This document shows, in pieces, positions 40,339 through 54,849 of a stretch of 64,000 bases of DNA. How positions within the stretch are numbered: the first letter of the stretch is position 1; each line of letters opens with the position of its first letter. The position numbers and the translations under genes were made by a program. Source of the DNA: Octopus vulgaris (taxonomy: Eukaryota); the NCBI GenBank assembly GCA_951406725.2, contig OX597824.1:82026001-82090000 (forward strand), in the 5' to 3' direction. The notes under the pieces are model-generated. The model worked only from the letters and a program-made list of their open reading frames with translations, was not told the DNA's origin and did no database searches.

Positions 40339-40692
40339 ATAGTATAACGTACGGTTTCATAGAATCGTGGTGAATATTCGGGACTGTGAACAGCAACCCA
40401 CACCTTTCTTTGGGGTTTGATAAAACCTTAACACGTGATTTCGAAATTTTGATAAATATGAACTTGTTTGTCGTCAGAGTTTTTCAGAACGACTCCGAGT
40501 TAAAAGAGATAGCCTGCCCCCAATTCATTTATGAGAAGAAAAAAACCGTTGAATAGCCAGCGCTAAAATTCGAAACAGCTAAAGAGTATAGTAACATAAA
40601 ATAAGATATTATAATAATATATTAAGATATATTGAATACTATATAATATTGTTGGCTATAGCAATTAAAACCAAAAACGTAAAATTGATAAA

Positions 40693-41048
40693 TGAAGTTG
40701 CAAAATAGGACCTACAGTTCCTGGCAGTGAGAGCCAAAATTCAGCTCGAACTGCCCTCGCTTTTCAACGGTTCTTTCTCGTGAACGAATGGGAGACAGAC
40801 TATCTCTTTTAACCCAGAGTAATTGTGGAAACCTCTTACGAGAAACAAGATCATATTGATCAAATTTCGAAATCACGTCATAAGGTTTTATCAAATTACT
40901 TCATTCTGTGAGTGTATCTCCCCAAAGAAAGTTGTGGCTTACTGCACGCTGTCCCCAATATTTCATGAGGTTACTGCTTTTGAACGGCTGTACGAGTTAA
41001 ATTTTGGCTCTCATTTCTAGCAATTGTAGGTGCTATATTGCACCCTCA
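40693..41048. mobile_element. Old Tc1/mariner-type MITE with about 60-bp imperfect TIRs
   Basis: TGCAAAATAGGACCTACAGTTCCTGGCAGTGAGAGCCAAAATTCAGCTCG vs CGAGTTAAATTTTGGCTCTCATTTCTAGCAATTGTAGGTGCTATATTGCACCCTCA-TA. Confidence 0.7.
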
Positions 41049-41057
41049 TACAAGCAT

Positions 41058-41112
<55 letters not shown>

Positions 41113-41511
41113 TACATGCATAAACATATACATACGCATACACATGTATATGTGTATGTACGAATACATATATATAAGCGCAAGTGATATAATTTTGTCG
41201 TATAAGTTGGTTTATTAAAACGCCCAAGGGGCCGTGCAGTGGAACTGATCCCAGAAACATGTGGTCGGTGAGCAAGCTACTTACAACACAGCCACTTATA
41301 TGTAAAAACACTTACATGTGATGAAAATCACTTGTAGCAAGGGATATGTGTGCATTTGTATAGTTAGCATACGGTATAAGATAGTCGAAACGTGGTTCAA
41401 TAATTCGCACAAGTGCTCCTGTTCTCAATAATACATTGTGTCAACGCGGACATTTCTGTGTAGTAGGATTATTGACCGCTATAATGATCTCAAAATAACA
41501 GAGACAATAAA

Positions 41512-41609
<98 letters not shown>

Positions 41610-41639
41610 GGTGAGGAGGAAGACGGGGAGGTGGAGGAA

Positions 41640-41684
<45 letters not shown>

Positions 41685-42199
41685 TAAAACTTCGACAAAT
41701 AAAAAATATTTCTTTATATGATAATAATAACAATAATAAGAATCGATGTTTCTGAACAATTGATCCTTATTGAAAAACGTAGATGTTTGTAGTTTATTTT
41801 TCTCGTTATCTTATAGTTTCGCAGACCGTATTTTATTTCAGATGTGTTAAATTATGTGCGTACATGAGCGCGCGCGTGTGTACGCATGTACGCGCGTGTG
41901 TGCGTGTGTCAATTGGTGCATATCTGTTTTTTTTTATATATTTTATTTGACTTATCGATTTATGAGTTCTATTTTTCTTTAATTTATTTTGTCCATATTT
42001 TATTTTGTACACTAGCTATAAAAAAACGCCCTCCAAGTGAAGTTCCACTTGATCTTATAGTAAAAAAAATATATATAAATATATGTAACACATGCGTGCT
42101 TGTATGACATTATTTTCCTGAATTTTCTAGTATTGAAGAACCTACACTCACACACACACATTGTAGGGATACATTCTGAGTAAATGCTTCTGTAGCTGT

Positions 42200-43650
42200 G
42201 AGTTTCACGTCATCTCATGATTCACCAATATTATCCTCACATCTATCATATGAGAACCCTTTTTCCTTATGTCTTTCACTGTAGCTTTATTCTTCCCATC
42301 AATTGTTTTTATGAACCGATTCAAAGTTCTTCTCAGATAACATACCTTGAAGTTTGAAGTTAAAATTGATCCGCTTCGATTTATTGGCTAGAACAAAGAA
42401 GCTGTGGTTCTTAAGGATATGATCCACTCTAACATTATCAGAAAAATAATCTAAGTTCACTGGATCGCTTGGTGCATTTCTATAAAAGGGCTATTGTTTC
42501 ATTGTAGATATTGTTTTGTACCTTTCTGCAGCTGGTACTCCCACCCACTACCTCAAAAAATTGTAAGCTATCCTTGGAAAAAAAACTTGTAGACATCGAA
42601 GCTTTATTATCTGAACGCCGTATCAATATATTAAACTTAGCATAGTCTTTGAAAGCTCTCAGATTTTTCGGAGTGATTCACAAGTAGATTACATTTCATT
42701 TCACCAGCAAGGCAACAAAGATCTTTAGCCTTATAGACATCCAAGCTTTCCACTTTGAACACCAGTTCTGAGTAGATTTAATCTATCATAGTCTTTGAAG
42801 GCCCTTGGATATATTTTTGAGTAATACACATGTTCTTTTTTTCGCCCTTTTCAAGCCTAGCCAGGCTCATGGGCCCGGTTTCCCGGTTTCTGTGGAGTAT
42901 GTGTTCCCCCCAGCTGGACGGGACGCCAGTCCATCGCAGCGTTACTCAAGAAACAGGAAAAGAGAGTGTGAGAAAGCTGTGGCGAAAGAGTACTACAGGG
43001 GTCGCGACCACCCCCTGCCGGAGCCGCGTGGAGCTTTTAGGTGTTTTCGCTCAATAAACACACACAACGCCCGGTCTGGGAATCGGGACCGCGATCCTCC
43101 GACCACGAGTCCGCTGCCCTAACCACTGGGCCATTGCGCCTCCACAATATACATGTAGATTTTATTTTATACTACCAGTAGCGTTTCCTCATACAAAATG
43201 CATTAAATGATTTTTGGAAGCTGCAAAGCCTGATGATGATCTGCGTCAGTAGAAATAGTAGTCGTATCAGAAATACGCTTTTAGAAATGCGTAGCTTTAT
43301 CAAAAACGTGCACAAATTGTCTGTGTATAGCTTCTTTCGGCAATCACGGTTTTCAGCTCTTTGAGATAATCAGCTGCAGAGTTTGAATCACTACTGGCAG
43401 CTTCACCAGTTATTCTAGTAGCGAAAACATGAAGGCACCTCTTAGATATTTCATCCAGCCTTTTCTGACTAGATTATTTTTTTAAAATCTTATTTAAGCT
43501 ATTGTAGATTACAACTTCAACAAATCTGTATACATTTTTTTCAGTTTTTGCTTCAAGTAAAATTATTTTTACCACCTCATTACTCACCCAGTTTGATTGC
43601 CGAGCCACGCCACACATTCAGGAGCCATTTCATCATATCAGTTCAATGAA
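42200..43650 (-). pseudogene. Degraded Tigger/pogo transposase
   Basis: Manual translation RITGEAASSDSNSAADYLKELKTVIAERSY / SGFAASKNHL..GNATG / HSE..RAFKDYAK..NKASMS follows the Tigger order GEAASAD...GFKASKDRL...NAAG...HSENPRALK...NKAWM; boundaries approximate. Confidence 0.8.
42844..43145 (-). mobile_element. SINE head C + tail F inserted in the Tigger remnant
   Basis: TSD-like AATA(C/T)ACATGT on both sides. Confidence 0.88.
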
Positions 43651-43675
43651 AAGCAAAAACAAAAAAATTATATAA

Positions 43676-43907
43676 CGTAAAAAATAGGGATTTTCGTAGC
43701 AAAAAAAAGGAAATTTTGATGTAAATAATTTTTGGTGTTAACGTGGTCCGATTTGAATTTTTTTCTTCTACGGAACGAAGAGCAAGCCTTCTTCTATCAT
43801 ATTCTCAATTTTTGTGAACTTGCGCCGCAGGGTCTCGGAGGAGATAGTGTTAGTTGAAGGCTACCAGACCTGCCACACACAGACAACTTCAGCTTTATAC
43901 ATATAGA
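43676..43907 (-). mobile_element. 5' part of the same non-autonomous Helitron family
   Basis: Matches 23923-24152; lacks the hairpin/CTAG end. Confidence 0.85.
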
Positions 43908-44615
43908 TTCAGTTTGGTGTCCAACGTAAACTTTCTTTTAGGGCTGATACCTTCAGTTCTGTTTGATGACGTTTCACAGTAATATTAGATTAGGCTAATG
44001 CGCAACACTGCCACGTTTGTAGTTAACTCTCACAGCGGCGGCGACAGACAAGACAGTAAAACGTAAGTAGAAAAATATACTTATTTTTGATGATGTCCAT
44101 GTTGCCAATACATATTGATCGACTTCAGAGACAAAAATCAGAAATATAAACACGAAATTGGTGGAGGAGAAAGGTCGAAAGGAGCTTGCTGTACAAGATG
44201 AGAAAGTGCGGTTTGATTACAGTGAGTAAAATGACTCAAGGAGCGATGGTTGAAAGCAATGCAAACATCGTCCGGTTGAATTCATGAATACACAAAGACG
44301 AAAGGGCGTTCGAGAATAGAGCGAATACAAATTCACAACAAGCTTGAGAACAATGAAAAAAACAAAGTGTGGAAGAAAGCGGATGGAACGGTTTACTGTT
44401 TGCAACGATGTTAAGAGGAAGAGAAAAATAGCTTTAAAATGTTTGTCGGCAAAAACCAAATATAGTTAAAGAATTAAATTGGAAGGTTGTAAACAACTAA
44501 AATGCACAGACAGAAAATGGCGACAGAAATATGACAACTGGAGTGCCCGGATATATTAAATTCCTCACGCCTAGCTCTGCCTTCGTCTTTATGTCTATTT
44601 TCATAAAGCTTCCCG

Positions 44616-44651
<36 letters not shown>

Positions 44652-44778
44652 GCATATATGTGTGTGTATGTGTGTGTATGTGTGCATGTGTGTGTGTATG
44701 CGTGCGCGTGTGTGTACTTATATATACGCGTGTGTGTGTGATATATATATATATATGTGAGTGTGTGTGTGTGTGTGT

Positions 44779-45022
44779 GTGGAAGCCGAATGGCCCACTG
44801 TTTAGGGCAGCGGACTCGCGGTCGTAGGATTGCGGTTTCGATTCCCAGACCGGGCGTTGTGAGTGTTTATTGAGCGAAAACACCTAAAGCTCGACGAGGT
44901 TCCGGCAGTGGGTGGTGGCAATCTCTGCTGTACTCTTTCGCCGCAATGTTCGCTCATTCTTTCTTCTGTTGGCCTGGTCGCTTAGCCAGCAGGGTTGCGT
45001 CATTTGAAGGCTAAAAACAATG
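44779..45022 (+). mobile_element. SINE head C with a further distinct tail
   Basis: Head TGGCCCACTGTTTAGGGCAGCGGACTCGCGG; tail GGCCTGGTCGCTTAGCCAGC. Confidence 0.8.
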
Positions 45023-45384
45023 TTCTATGTCCTTAAGTGTCCCTTGTTTGAAAACTGAAGGACACAGAACGCTTGTGTCACATAGCCAACTAGAAACGAT
45101 ATTTCCTGGGGCTAAATAGCAGTAGCATTCTTCCCTTTCCTGGGACTGCCACATTAAGTCGACAAGAAACCATAACTTTATTATGCTGCTACTGTATAAG
45201 TCTCTTTTAGAGATTTAGAAATGCAAAATCTCTAATTGTTATATATATATATATGAAGTCCATTTTGCCATCGTATACTCGCTTCCTTCTTCCAGCGTGT
45301 CTCGCACAGCCCTAACACTTCGTACCTGATTTCCTTCTTCTCCTCAAACCGGAAGACCTCCACGACGGTGGAGTTACGATTTCA

Positions 45385-45506
45385 GGAGGACGATTGGGAT
45401 CACGTGGATGAGAAAGGCGCGATCCAGAGAGGAGTGGACAGCGTGCTGTGACCAGCGGTGTCAAATGGACGCCTGATGGACTGGTCGGTCAAGGTGATCA
45501 AGGTGA
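45385..45506 (+). mobile_element. Probable RTE-type LINE 3' end
   Basis: WMRKARSREEWTACCDQRCQMDA* followed by a short tandem tail (CAAGGTGAT)2. Confidence 0.4.
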
Positions 45507-46002
45507 TATATATAAAGTATGGGGTTTTAGTTCACAAGTGATCTAAATAATTCGGTACGCTAGGTAAGTGCTGTAAAAGATTACTGGGGTTCCAAGGTTA
45601 TAGCCGAGACAGTAGTTACGGAGCCACTGCAGATTTCCGATGCAGTAGATATATAATTGTTAAACAGGCAAATATCTCAAGTCATATACAATATTATTAT
45701 AGGAAGAAACTCAAAATTTTACAGCTGTTTCTGGGAAACCCCCGAGAATGGGATATTCCGTCATGAGAGACAAATTGGGAAGAAATAGAGAAAATGAGGA
45801 TGGTACATGTCAATAATATGACAATATAGAGGAAGGGAATAAAAAAAAAGAATAAGGAAATGGAAAGAGAGAAGAAAAAAGAAGCAAAACATTTCATAGT
45901 TCAATTTTACGAAGTTATAGATACCTAAGCATGAGTCCTATATATATATATATATATATATATACTCATATATGTATGCATGTATATGTATATGTATGCA
46001 TG

Positions 46003-46087
<85 letters not shown>

Positions 46088-46145
46088 TACGTTAATTCAC
46101 TTCATACGGTTATGAATCAGATCATAAAAGAGAATTTTAAATCAT

Positions 46146-46186
<41 letters not shown>

Positions 46187-46199
46187 TAATAATAATAAC

Positions 46200-46270
<71 letters not shown>

Positions 46271-46273
<3 letters not shown>

Positions 46274-46906
46274 GACCAAAGCCTCCCCACCAGAAATTAC
46301 CAAAAACATGTAATGAAAAGAAATATTACAAGTAACTGCAGAATATGTGGAGATGGACAAGAAACAATAAATCATATTATCTCTAGCTGCCCAGTCCTGG
46401 CTAAGAAGGAATATATTCACAGACATGACAGAGTTGGAACCTACATACATTGGAAGCTATGCCAACATTATGGAATAACAACAGAAAAAAGATGGTATAG
46501 GCACACACCAGAAAAGGTCACAGAAAACGAGAAAGCAACCATACTCTGGGATATGCCGATACACACAGATAGAGAAATTAAGGCCAACAGACCAGATATA
46601 GTTGTCAGAGATCATGAAGAAAAAAAATGCTTTTTAATTGATGTATCAATACCGGCAGATGACAACGTGTCTCTAAAAGAAATGGAGAAACTCTCAAAAT
46701 ACAAAGACCTGGAAATAGAGGTAACTAGAATGTGGAATCTGAAAACAGAAACAATTCCTATCATAGTAGGTGCATTAGGCATGATAAAAAAATATTCAGA
46801 CAAATACATAACAAAAACACCAGGACTTACAAACACATATAACATACAGAAAATTGCACTACTAGGCACTGCCCACATCCTACGCAGAACACTTTCCATA
46901 CAATAA
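46271..46906 (+). CDS. Partial retrotransposon ORF: CCHC zinc knuckle + restriction-like (PD-D/ExK) endonuclease
   Basis: QDQSLPTRNY...CRICGDGQETINHIISSC...RHDRV...LWD...NRPDIV...LIDVSIP...EKLSKY...PIIVGALG. Confidence 0.88.
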
Positions 46907-47010
46907 CCATCAGAGCATCACAACAAATCACAGCACATACCCAAGGCACACAGAGCTGCGCTCGGTAGTGAAGTGAAAGCACGCTATAAAAATAAAAATA
47001 AAACTACTGA
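46271..47010 (+). mobile_element. 5'-truncated R4/Dong-clade non-LTR retrotransposon inserted in (TAA)n
   Basis: Uninterrupted frame 46271-46906 followed by an about 100-bp 3' UTR; (TAA)n on both sides. Confidence 0.92.
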
Positions 47011-47134
47011 ATAATAATAATAATAAAAGAAAGCAGGGAATAATCTACAAAATTAATAAGGTTAAGAAAAACATACATATATACATATGTATGTATATAT
47101 AAAAATAAATATATACTTATATACACATACATAC

Positions 47135-47177
<43 letters not shown>

Positions 47178-47479
47178 CGCTAATAAATATCTGTAAATAT
47201 AAACCATCCGATCTTCTGATTACCTCATTTCTTCTAATATATATATATATATATACTTACGTATACACATGCATATATGGACGTGTGTATGTGTGTGTTT
47301 TTGGTTTCTATGGTATCTTACGATGCAAAGAGTAAATAAAGAAAGCTACGAGATAAAAATCCGATATATTTTTCGGAATCTATGGTAAATCAATGGTCGT
47401 TGCCTCAAGAAAGTCTTTTTATGTTTAGTGAATATATCTTTCTTGTTCTTTTTAATTGGCGTATGGATATTGTACGTGG

Positions 47480-47532
<53 letters not shown>

Positions 47533-47808
47533 TGTGTGTATGTGAGTATGTGTGTGTGCTTGTGTGTGTGTGTTTCTGTGTATGTGCGCGTGTATTTTGA
47601 TTTTGCTTCTCTTTCATAGGTACTAATAAATACGTACACACACACACATAAACGTACATACACTCATACACATGCACGCACACACATATAAATACACATT
47701 CGTACGTATGTATGTATATTGATGCATGGATATACGCACTTCTGTTTGAAAGAATATGAAAAGATATATGTATGCAGATATATATGTATGTATATATATA
47801 TATATATA

Positions 47809-47859
<51 letters not shown>

Positions 47860-47962
47860 TGTATACGTACATATCTATGTATATATACGTATTTATATAT
47901 ACATATATTTCTATATCTATCTTTCTATCTATCTATCTAACTATATATATACGCATATATAC

Positions 47963-47995
<33 letters not shown>

Positions 47996-49753
47996 CGTAT
48001 ATATGTATTTGTGTGTACAAGACACATACTCTCTTTATACACAGAAGCACACAAATGCACACACACACACACACACACATACACTCACACACACAACGTA
48101 TATAAATATATCGTTATCAACATTTGGATGTTCTGATGCGAGAAAAAAATGTACTCTGCAAATATAAAATTAATTTATTTCTTAGGAAAGAAATTTCCAG
48201 CTCCACCTTGACTCTCATCGCATCGTCTCTCGTCCGTTCATCAACATGATTGAGAAGATCTTCATGGAAGCAACATTTGTTTACATACAAGTCTTAATGT
48301 GTTTGGCATTCCTTTCATTAAAGTTGTAGCTTGTTGGAGATCTTTGCTAAAATTATGTTTGTTGCCAAGGTTATTTCATCAGTGTTTGTTTTTCTTTATT
48401 GTTGTTGTTCCGGCGTTTGTCTAACCCTAGGTTAACCCTGATCATTCAACTAAATAACCAATGATAATCCCTGATTTAATCATCTCTTCTGTTGTGGTGT
48501 ATGTATCATTTCCATATTTGAATCTTTAGGATATAGTCAGAGGTAGATGTATCTGTTCTTTCTAGTAGTTTGATCGACTACCTAGAAGCCTCACCCTTTC
48601 CTGCTGATTGTTTGCAACAGAAGGCGCTGTCTATGATGGATGATTTATCGGCCTCGAATTTTTGTTTCAGAAAAGATAATTTCCCACCTGCAGGAGTACT
48701 TCCGTCTCCTGCCTACACTTTTACATAATCTCGTATCTTCTACAAAGCCTCTTGAAAATCTTCATGTCGTTAAATCCCTAGGCGACACAGGAAAAGCAGA
48801 ACTTTTCACCTATTAACGTGCTTAACATAACTTGCATGTTGATTTACTGCGAATATCATCATTTCGGTACTCCTTCAAACACTAACTGCATTGTCACAGT
48901 CAAGTTGCATGTACGTTATGTTTCTAAATGAGTTTATATGCTGTGTATACCATGTCTTAAATGTGTTTGTTTAAGCCAACCTGCAAATATATTAGGATAC
49001 TTCTTCGAACTGTTACTCGTGTCTTTTTGTCTTATTTCCTATATTTGCGATGGTGCATCTTGGGGTACTATGCTCACTTGTGATCAGGCTATTGTCTTGC
49101 TGCAGTTATATTTCAGTTGAAGTCTGATTAATTTTTAGAAGTGAAGTAAATTCCAGTGACTTGTTCCCATTGTTGTGGAACTTTCTAAACAACTACAGCC
49201 AACCCTTACGCTCTTCGTTTTAAACGCTTGTTATTATTATAAGTGCTTAGCGCTAATCCATTCTCATTGGGGGAAGCCTATGATGCAAAGACGTTTCTTT
49301 TCTTACCATTATGTTTGTTGGTATATGTATTGCATTATTTGAACTGCATTGTCTTATGTAACCTTCCAGTATAAGGCTTTTACTTTCAACTGAGCACAAA
49401 ATTACCAAGACTATTTAGTAAATCCAGAATCCGCTCAGAAATTTTCGTGTTCGCTCATGGATTTTCCAAATAGTAAAGAGATTTTCTATCAATTATTGAA
49501 TATTTTGAGAACACACAAACACACACACACATACACACATACATATATGATCATTACTATTGAAACAAAATTGAAATTATATCCACTCACAAGAACAGAA
49601 ATAAAATATTCTTTTTCACATTTTCAATATCCTGCTGGTTTCGTTCCTCTGCATGCTTACTAGTATGCTTAACGAATCAACATGCTGCCATATCTGTACG
49701 TACATACATACATACATACATACATACATACATACATACATACATACATACAC

Positions 49754-49889
<136 letters not shown>

Positions 49890-49904
49890 GTATATATATA
49901 TATG

Positions 49905-49937
<33 letters not shown>

Positions 49938-50041
49938 CATATATATGTAGTGAAACCAAAGAAGAACAAAGAAAAAACAATAACGCGAGGTCGTGGTACA
50001 AGTACTGTATTATCAGACGCTCAGGAAAGGAAAGAAAGAGG

Positions 50042-50169
<128 letters not shown>

Positions 50170-50273
50170 AAAGTAATAGATAGGTAGGTAGATAGATAGA
50201 AAGGTAGACAGATAAATAGATAGATAGACATACATACATACATACATACATACATACAGACAGACAGACAGAC

Positions 50274-50509
<236 letters not shown>

Positions 50510-51189
50510 TAGACTTAATATCCAACAGCGAGAATGAATGCTCAGCACTGTGTTGGTGGATGAATATTATTGGTGGGTTAATAAAACCATTGGCAGCCTT
50601 GTTAAGCCACAAATAAAGCATGTGTGTGTGTGTGTCTGTGCGTGTGTGTGTGTTCGTATAGAAAACACTTGCCCAATGTGCCACGCAGTGGGACTGAACC
50701 CGGAATCATATGGTTGGGAAGCAAGCTTCTTACCACATAGCCACTTACATATGCATATCCATAAAAACCGACTTCTCATCTCTACTTCGCTTGAACTAGG
50801 AATGCGAGTTAGCTTCAGCTATATCAAAGATATTTTTTAGTAGCACAGATGATGCAGAAATAAATATTTAACATAGACACAGTCGAATTTCTTCTGCACA
50901 ATGCTGGAATTTCGTCGACTATAATCATCACTCTGCAATTGTTACATTGTTAATAGTTATTTGGGGTTCGAAATCACGTGATGTGACTACATCTGGTAAC
51001 TTATTGGCGACTTACTTGGTATTTATTATTTGATTGTTACCTTGAATTCATCTGTGACAACATTGGCTTTTAGTTGTTTTGACTCCTATTTCTAGCAAAG
51101 CTAGTGGTCTCTATTACCTTGATTATAAATTAATAAATAAATAATACATATATATATATATATATATATATACATACATACATACATAC

Positions 51190-51385
51190 GTGACTGCGTG
51201 TGTACCGTTGGCGATTTTTTTTCCTCCGTCTTCCCTTCTTTGGATCTTTCCTTTTCCTATGCTTCTGACGAAGAGCTCCGCTCGAAACGTTAAACCCTCC
51301 TTCTTTCCTTCCTTTCCTGAGCGTCCAATAACACTATACTTATCCCACGTCCTCGCGTTGTTGTGTTTTCATATTTGGATTAACT
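51190..51385 (+). mobile_element. H1 hammerhead-bearing unit; canonical CUGACGA core at 51265
   Basis: GCUU-CUGACGA-A-GAGC(UCC)GCUC-GAAACGUU/AAAC; flanked by TA/TACA repeats. Confidence 0.75.
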
Positions 51386-51390
51386 ATATG

Positions 51391-51422
<32 letters not shown>

Positions 51423-51429
51423 ATGATGA

Positions 51430-51763
51430 CCCCCTTCGGTCAGACACTGACCATGGGTTTGCACCTAGAGAGTTACTCTCTGAGGCACAAGTATGGGTAA
51501 GGTTGTTTCATGGAAGACCAGCAGTCGCCCATGCATACCGGCCTCCCCTCTCCACGTCACCGATGTTGTCCAAGGGAAAGGCAAGGGCCGATACAGCTTG
51601 GCACCTGTGACATTGCAACTCATTTCTACAGGTGAGTGAACTGGAGCAACGTGAAATAAAGTGTCTTGCTCAAGAACACAACACGCAGCCCGGTCCGGGA
51701 TTCGAGCTCACAACCTCACGATCGTAAGCTCGACGCTCTAACCACTGAGCCACGCGCCTTCAC
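51430..51763 (-). mobile_element. SINE head D + tail G
   Basis: Head as at 4179-4484; the tail differs and ends ...CCGAAGGGG(TCA)n. Confidence 0.8.
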
Positions 51764-51770
51764 ATATGTA

Positions 51771-51972
<202 letters not shown>

Positions 51973-52349
51973 ATATATATATATTGTACGCTTGTGCTGC
52001 ATTCCACCATGAGACTGGGGTCATTCAGTCCACGTATCTTTCTCAATATACGTGTATGTGTATGCATATATTTACGTGCGTGTGAGTGTGTATATATCTA
52101 TGTGTGAGTACGAGTGTATGCGCCCAAGCGTGAATGCGCATTTATCTCGCTGATTAGTTAAATGTAATCAATTAATACTCAACATCGCACTTGTGGAGTT
52201 TAAATACAAAAAGCGATTAATTTATCGATTAGTTTACTCGCTAGATTGATGTATTGATTTCTGAGGTATTCGAGATGCTGGTAAGCTGCCTCAAAGGACG
52301 GAGATGGCGATTGGATTTCAATTCCCTTTGTGTTCTTGTTTTGACGCTC

Positions 52350-53350
52350 GGTGGTAGTGGCGGTGATGGCGATGATGGCGGTGATAGCGGCCGTGGTGAT
52401 GGCGGTAGCGGTGATGGCGGTGGAGGTGGTGGTTAAGGCTGCGGTGATAATGTAGTAGTGGTGGTGCTGGTGGTGCTGTTGCCGGTGGTGGCGGTGGTAA
52501 TGGTAGTGGTGGTGGTAGTGGCGGTGATTGTGGTGGTGGTGCTGCTGGTCGTGTTGGCGGCGGCGAAAGTGGTAGTGGTGTTTAAGGGGTGGCGGTGGTG
52601 GTGGTAGTGGCGGTGATGGCGGCAGCGGTGATGGCGATGGCGGTGATGGCAGTGGCGGTGATGGCGGCAGCGGTGATGTCGATGGCGGTGATGGCGGTGG
52701 TGGTGATGGCGATGGCGGTGATGGCAGTGGCGGTGATGGCGGCAGCGGTGATGGCGATGGCGGTGATGGCAGTGGCGGTGATGGCGGCAGCGGTGATGGC
52801 GATGGCGGTGATGGCAGTGGCGGTGATGGCGGCAGCGGTGATGTCGATGGCGGTGATGGCGGTGGTGGTGATGGCGGCGGCGGTGGCGGTGATGGTGCTG
52901 GAGGTGGTGGTTAAGTCTGCGTTGGTAATGTAGTAGTGGTGGTGCTGGCTCTGGTACTGCTGGGCTGGTGGTGCTGGTGGCGGTGGCAATAGTAGTGGTG
53001 GTGGTAGTGGCGGTTGTTATGGTGGTGGTGGTGGTGGTGGTGGTGGTGTCGACGGCGGTGACGGTGCTGCTGGTGGTGGTGGCAATAGTAGTGGTGGTGG
53101 TAGTGGCGGTTGTTATGGTGGTGGTGGTGGTGGTGGTGTCGACGGCGGTGACGGTGCTGCTGGTGGCGGTGGCAATAGTAGTGGTGGTGGTAGTGGCGGT
53201 TGTTATGGTGGTGGTGGTGGTGGTGGTGTCGACGGCGGTGACGGTGCTGCTGGTGGTGGTGGCAATAGTAGTGGTGGTGGTAGTGGCGGTTGTTATGGTG
53301 GTGGTGGTGGTGGTGGTGTCGACGGCGGTGACGGTGCTGCTGCTGCTGCT
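52350..53350. repeat. GGT/GGC/GAT-rich tract with a 54-bp period (52610-52870) and a 90-bp unit x4 (52970-53340)
   Basis: GTCGACGGCGGTGAC recurs at 90-bp spacing (about 53048, 53138, 53228, 53318). Confidence 0.9.
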
Positions 53351-53844
53351 ACTACTGCCACTGCTACCACTAATGACACATCTTATTGCTTTTCTTTCTA
53401 ACTCATTCTTGATGCCTCTTAATATTTTACTCCAAGTTAATGCCGTTGGGGTCGACTTTGCATTTCATCCTTTCGGGGTCGATAAATTAAGTACCAGTTA
53501 CGTACTGGGGAAGGTGTAATCGATTGGTCCCCTCCCCAAAAATGTCAGGCCTTGTGCTTATAGCGGAAAGTATATTTTACTTTTAAGTTGTTACTTCGGC
53601 CTTTTGTTGAAGAGGTGGCTGCTGCAGTTGTTTCTGTAGTTGCTGCTGCTGCTGCTGCTGCTGCTTCTTCTTCTTCTTCTTCTTCTTCTTCTTCTTCTTC
53701 TTCTTCTTCTTCTTCTTCTATATTTATACATATATATATATATACATATTCATGTATATATATATATATATATACATATGTGTATATACATACGAATATA
53801 TCTGTATATATATATATATATATATACATCTATATATATATATA

Positions 53845-54270
53845 TATATTATCTGTATGATGTGGAAAATATTCCATCAGCACTGTCCGAATGATGTTGG
53901 CATCACCTTCAAAATGCATCCAAGGCTTGGACCACGTGCCATCCGTTCACAACAAAAATCTAAATCGCATCACATAACGACAATACGGCACAACTATTTC
54001 ACCTCAATTGGACCCGCTCTCTTCAACATTACACCAGGACACGTCAAAAAAGAAACTGACCACACAAAATTCAAGAAGTCTTTGGACAAATTCCTTCAAA
54101 CAGTACCGGACAAACCACCCACACCCGGATATGTCTCCGCAAACAATAACTCTCTGCTCGAATGGGCCTTGGTGCCCAAATCCTGAACTGAAAGACTTCG
54201 CCAGGTGGTGCTATTAAGTTAGACATGGCCTGGGCCAATACTGGCCAAAACCTTTCTAAGTTATTCTAAG

Positions 54271-54272
<2 letters not shown>
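53845..54272 (+). mobile_element. 5'-truncated CR1-group LINE 3' end
   Basis: YIICMMWKI...PN...RLG...GPALFN..P...FKKSLDKFL..VPD.P..PGY....NSL; 3' UTR and tandem tail (TTCTAAGTTA)2; (TA)n on both sides. Confidence 0.8.
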
Positions 54273-54310
<38 letters not shown>

Positions 54311-54381
54311 CCATGTTGATTCGTTAGCTACTGCACGCATTTTTTTCTCTCCTTCTTTCTGTGTTTTTCTCTCTCCGTGTA

Positions 54382-54419
54382 TCTTTCTGTTGAAGAGCGT
54401 AGGCTCGAAACGTTAAAGA
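54382..54419 (+). ncRNA. Minimal hammerhead motif, family H1b (A6U variant), in unit 54310-54520
   Basis: UCUUU-CUGUUGA-A-GAGC(GUAG)GCUC-GAAACGUU/AAAGA. Confidence 0.6.
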
Positions 54420-54516
54420 CTTGTTTTATTTATATTTCCTGAGCGCCATACTAATACAATTGTTCGTTTGTTTTCCACCTGCCTTCGTCTTTTGTTTATT
54501 TTCATAAAGCTTCCCG

Positions 54517-54579
<63 letters not shown>

Positions 54580-54787
54580 CATACATCTATATATATATAT
54601 ATACACACATACACACATAAATATACATATCTATCAATATATATATGTATATATGTATATAAATATATACATATATATATACACATACATATGTATGTGT
54701 ATATATAAATATGTATGTATATATATATACATATATATACATATATATATATATATCTATACATGTATATGTATATGTATATATATA

Positions 54788-54849
54788 TGGTGCTATTAAG
54801 TTAGACATGGCCTGGGCCAATAGTGGCCGAAACCTATCAAAGTATCAAA

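Noticed and set aside
48180-49400. Unique stretch with a possible splice acceptor at about 48185
   Set aside because: No recognisable protein in any frame and frequent stops; an exon cannot be supported without RNA data
52582-53519. Antifreeze-like TAA/ITA and poly-Val ORFs
   Set aside because: Periodic GGT/GGC/GAT repeats with no supporting gene structure
54808-54840. GGCCA-ATAG-TGGCC-GAAAC resembling hammerhead stem II
   Set aside because: No CUGANGA upstream; better explained as the LINE 3' stem-loop
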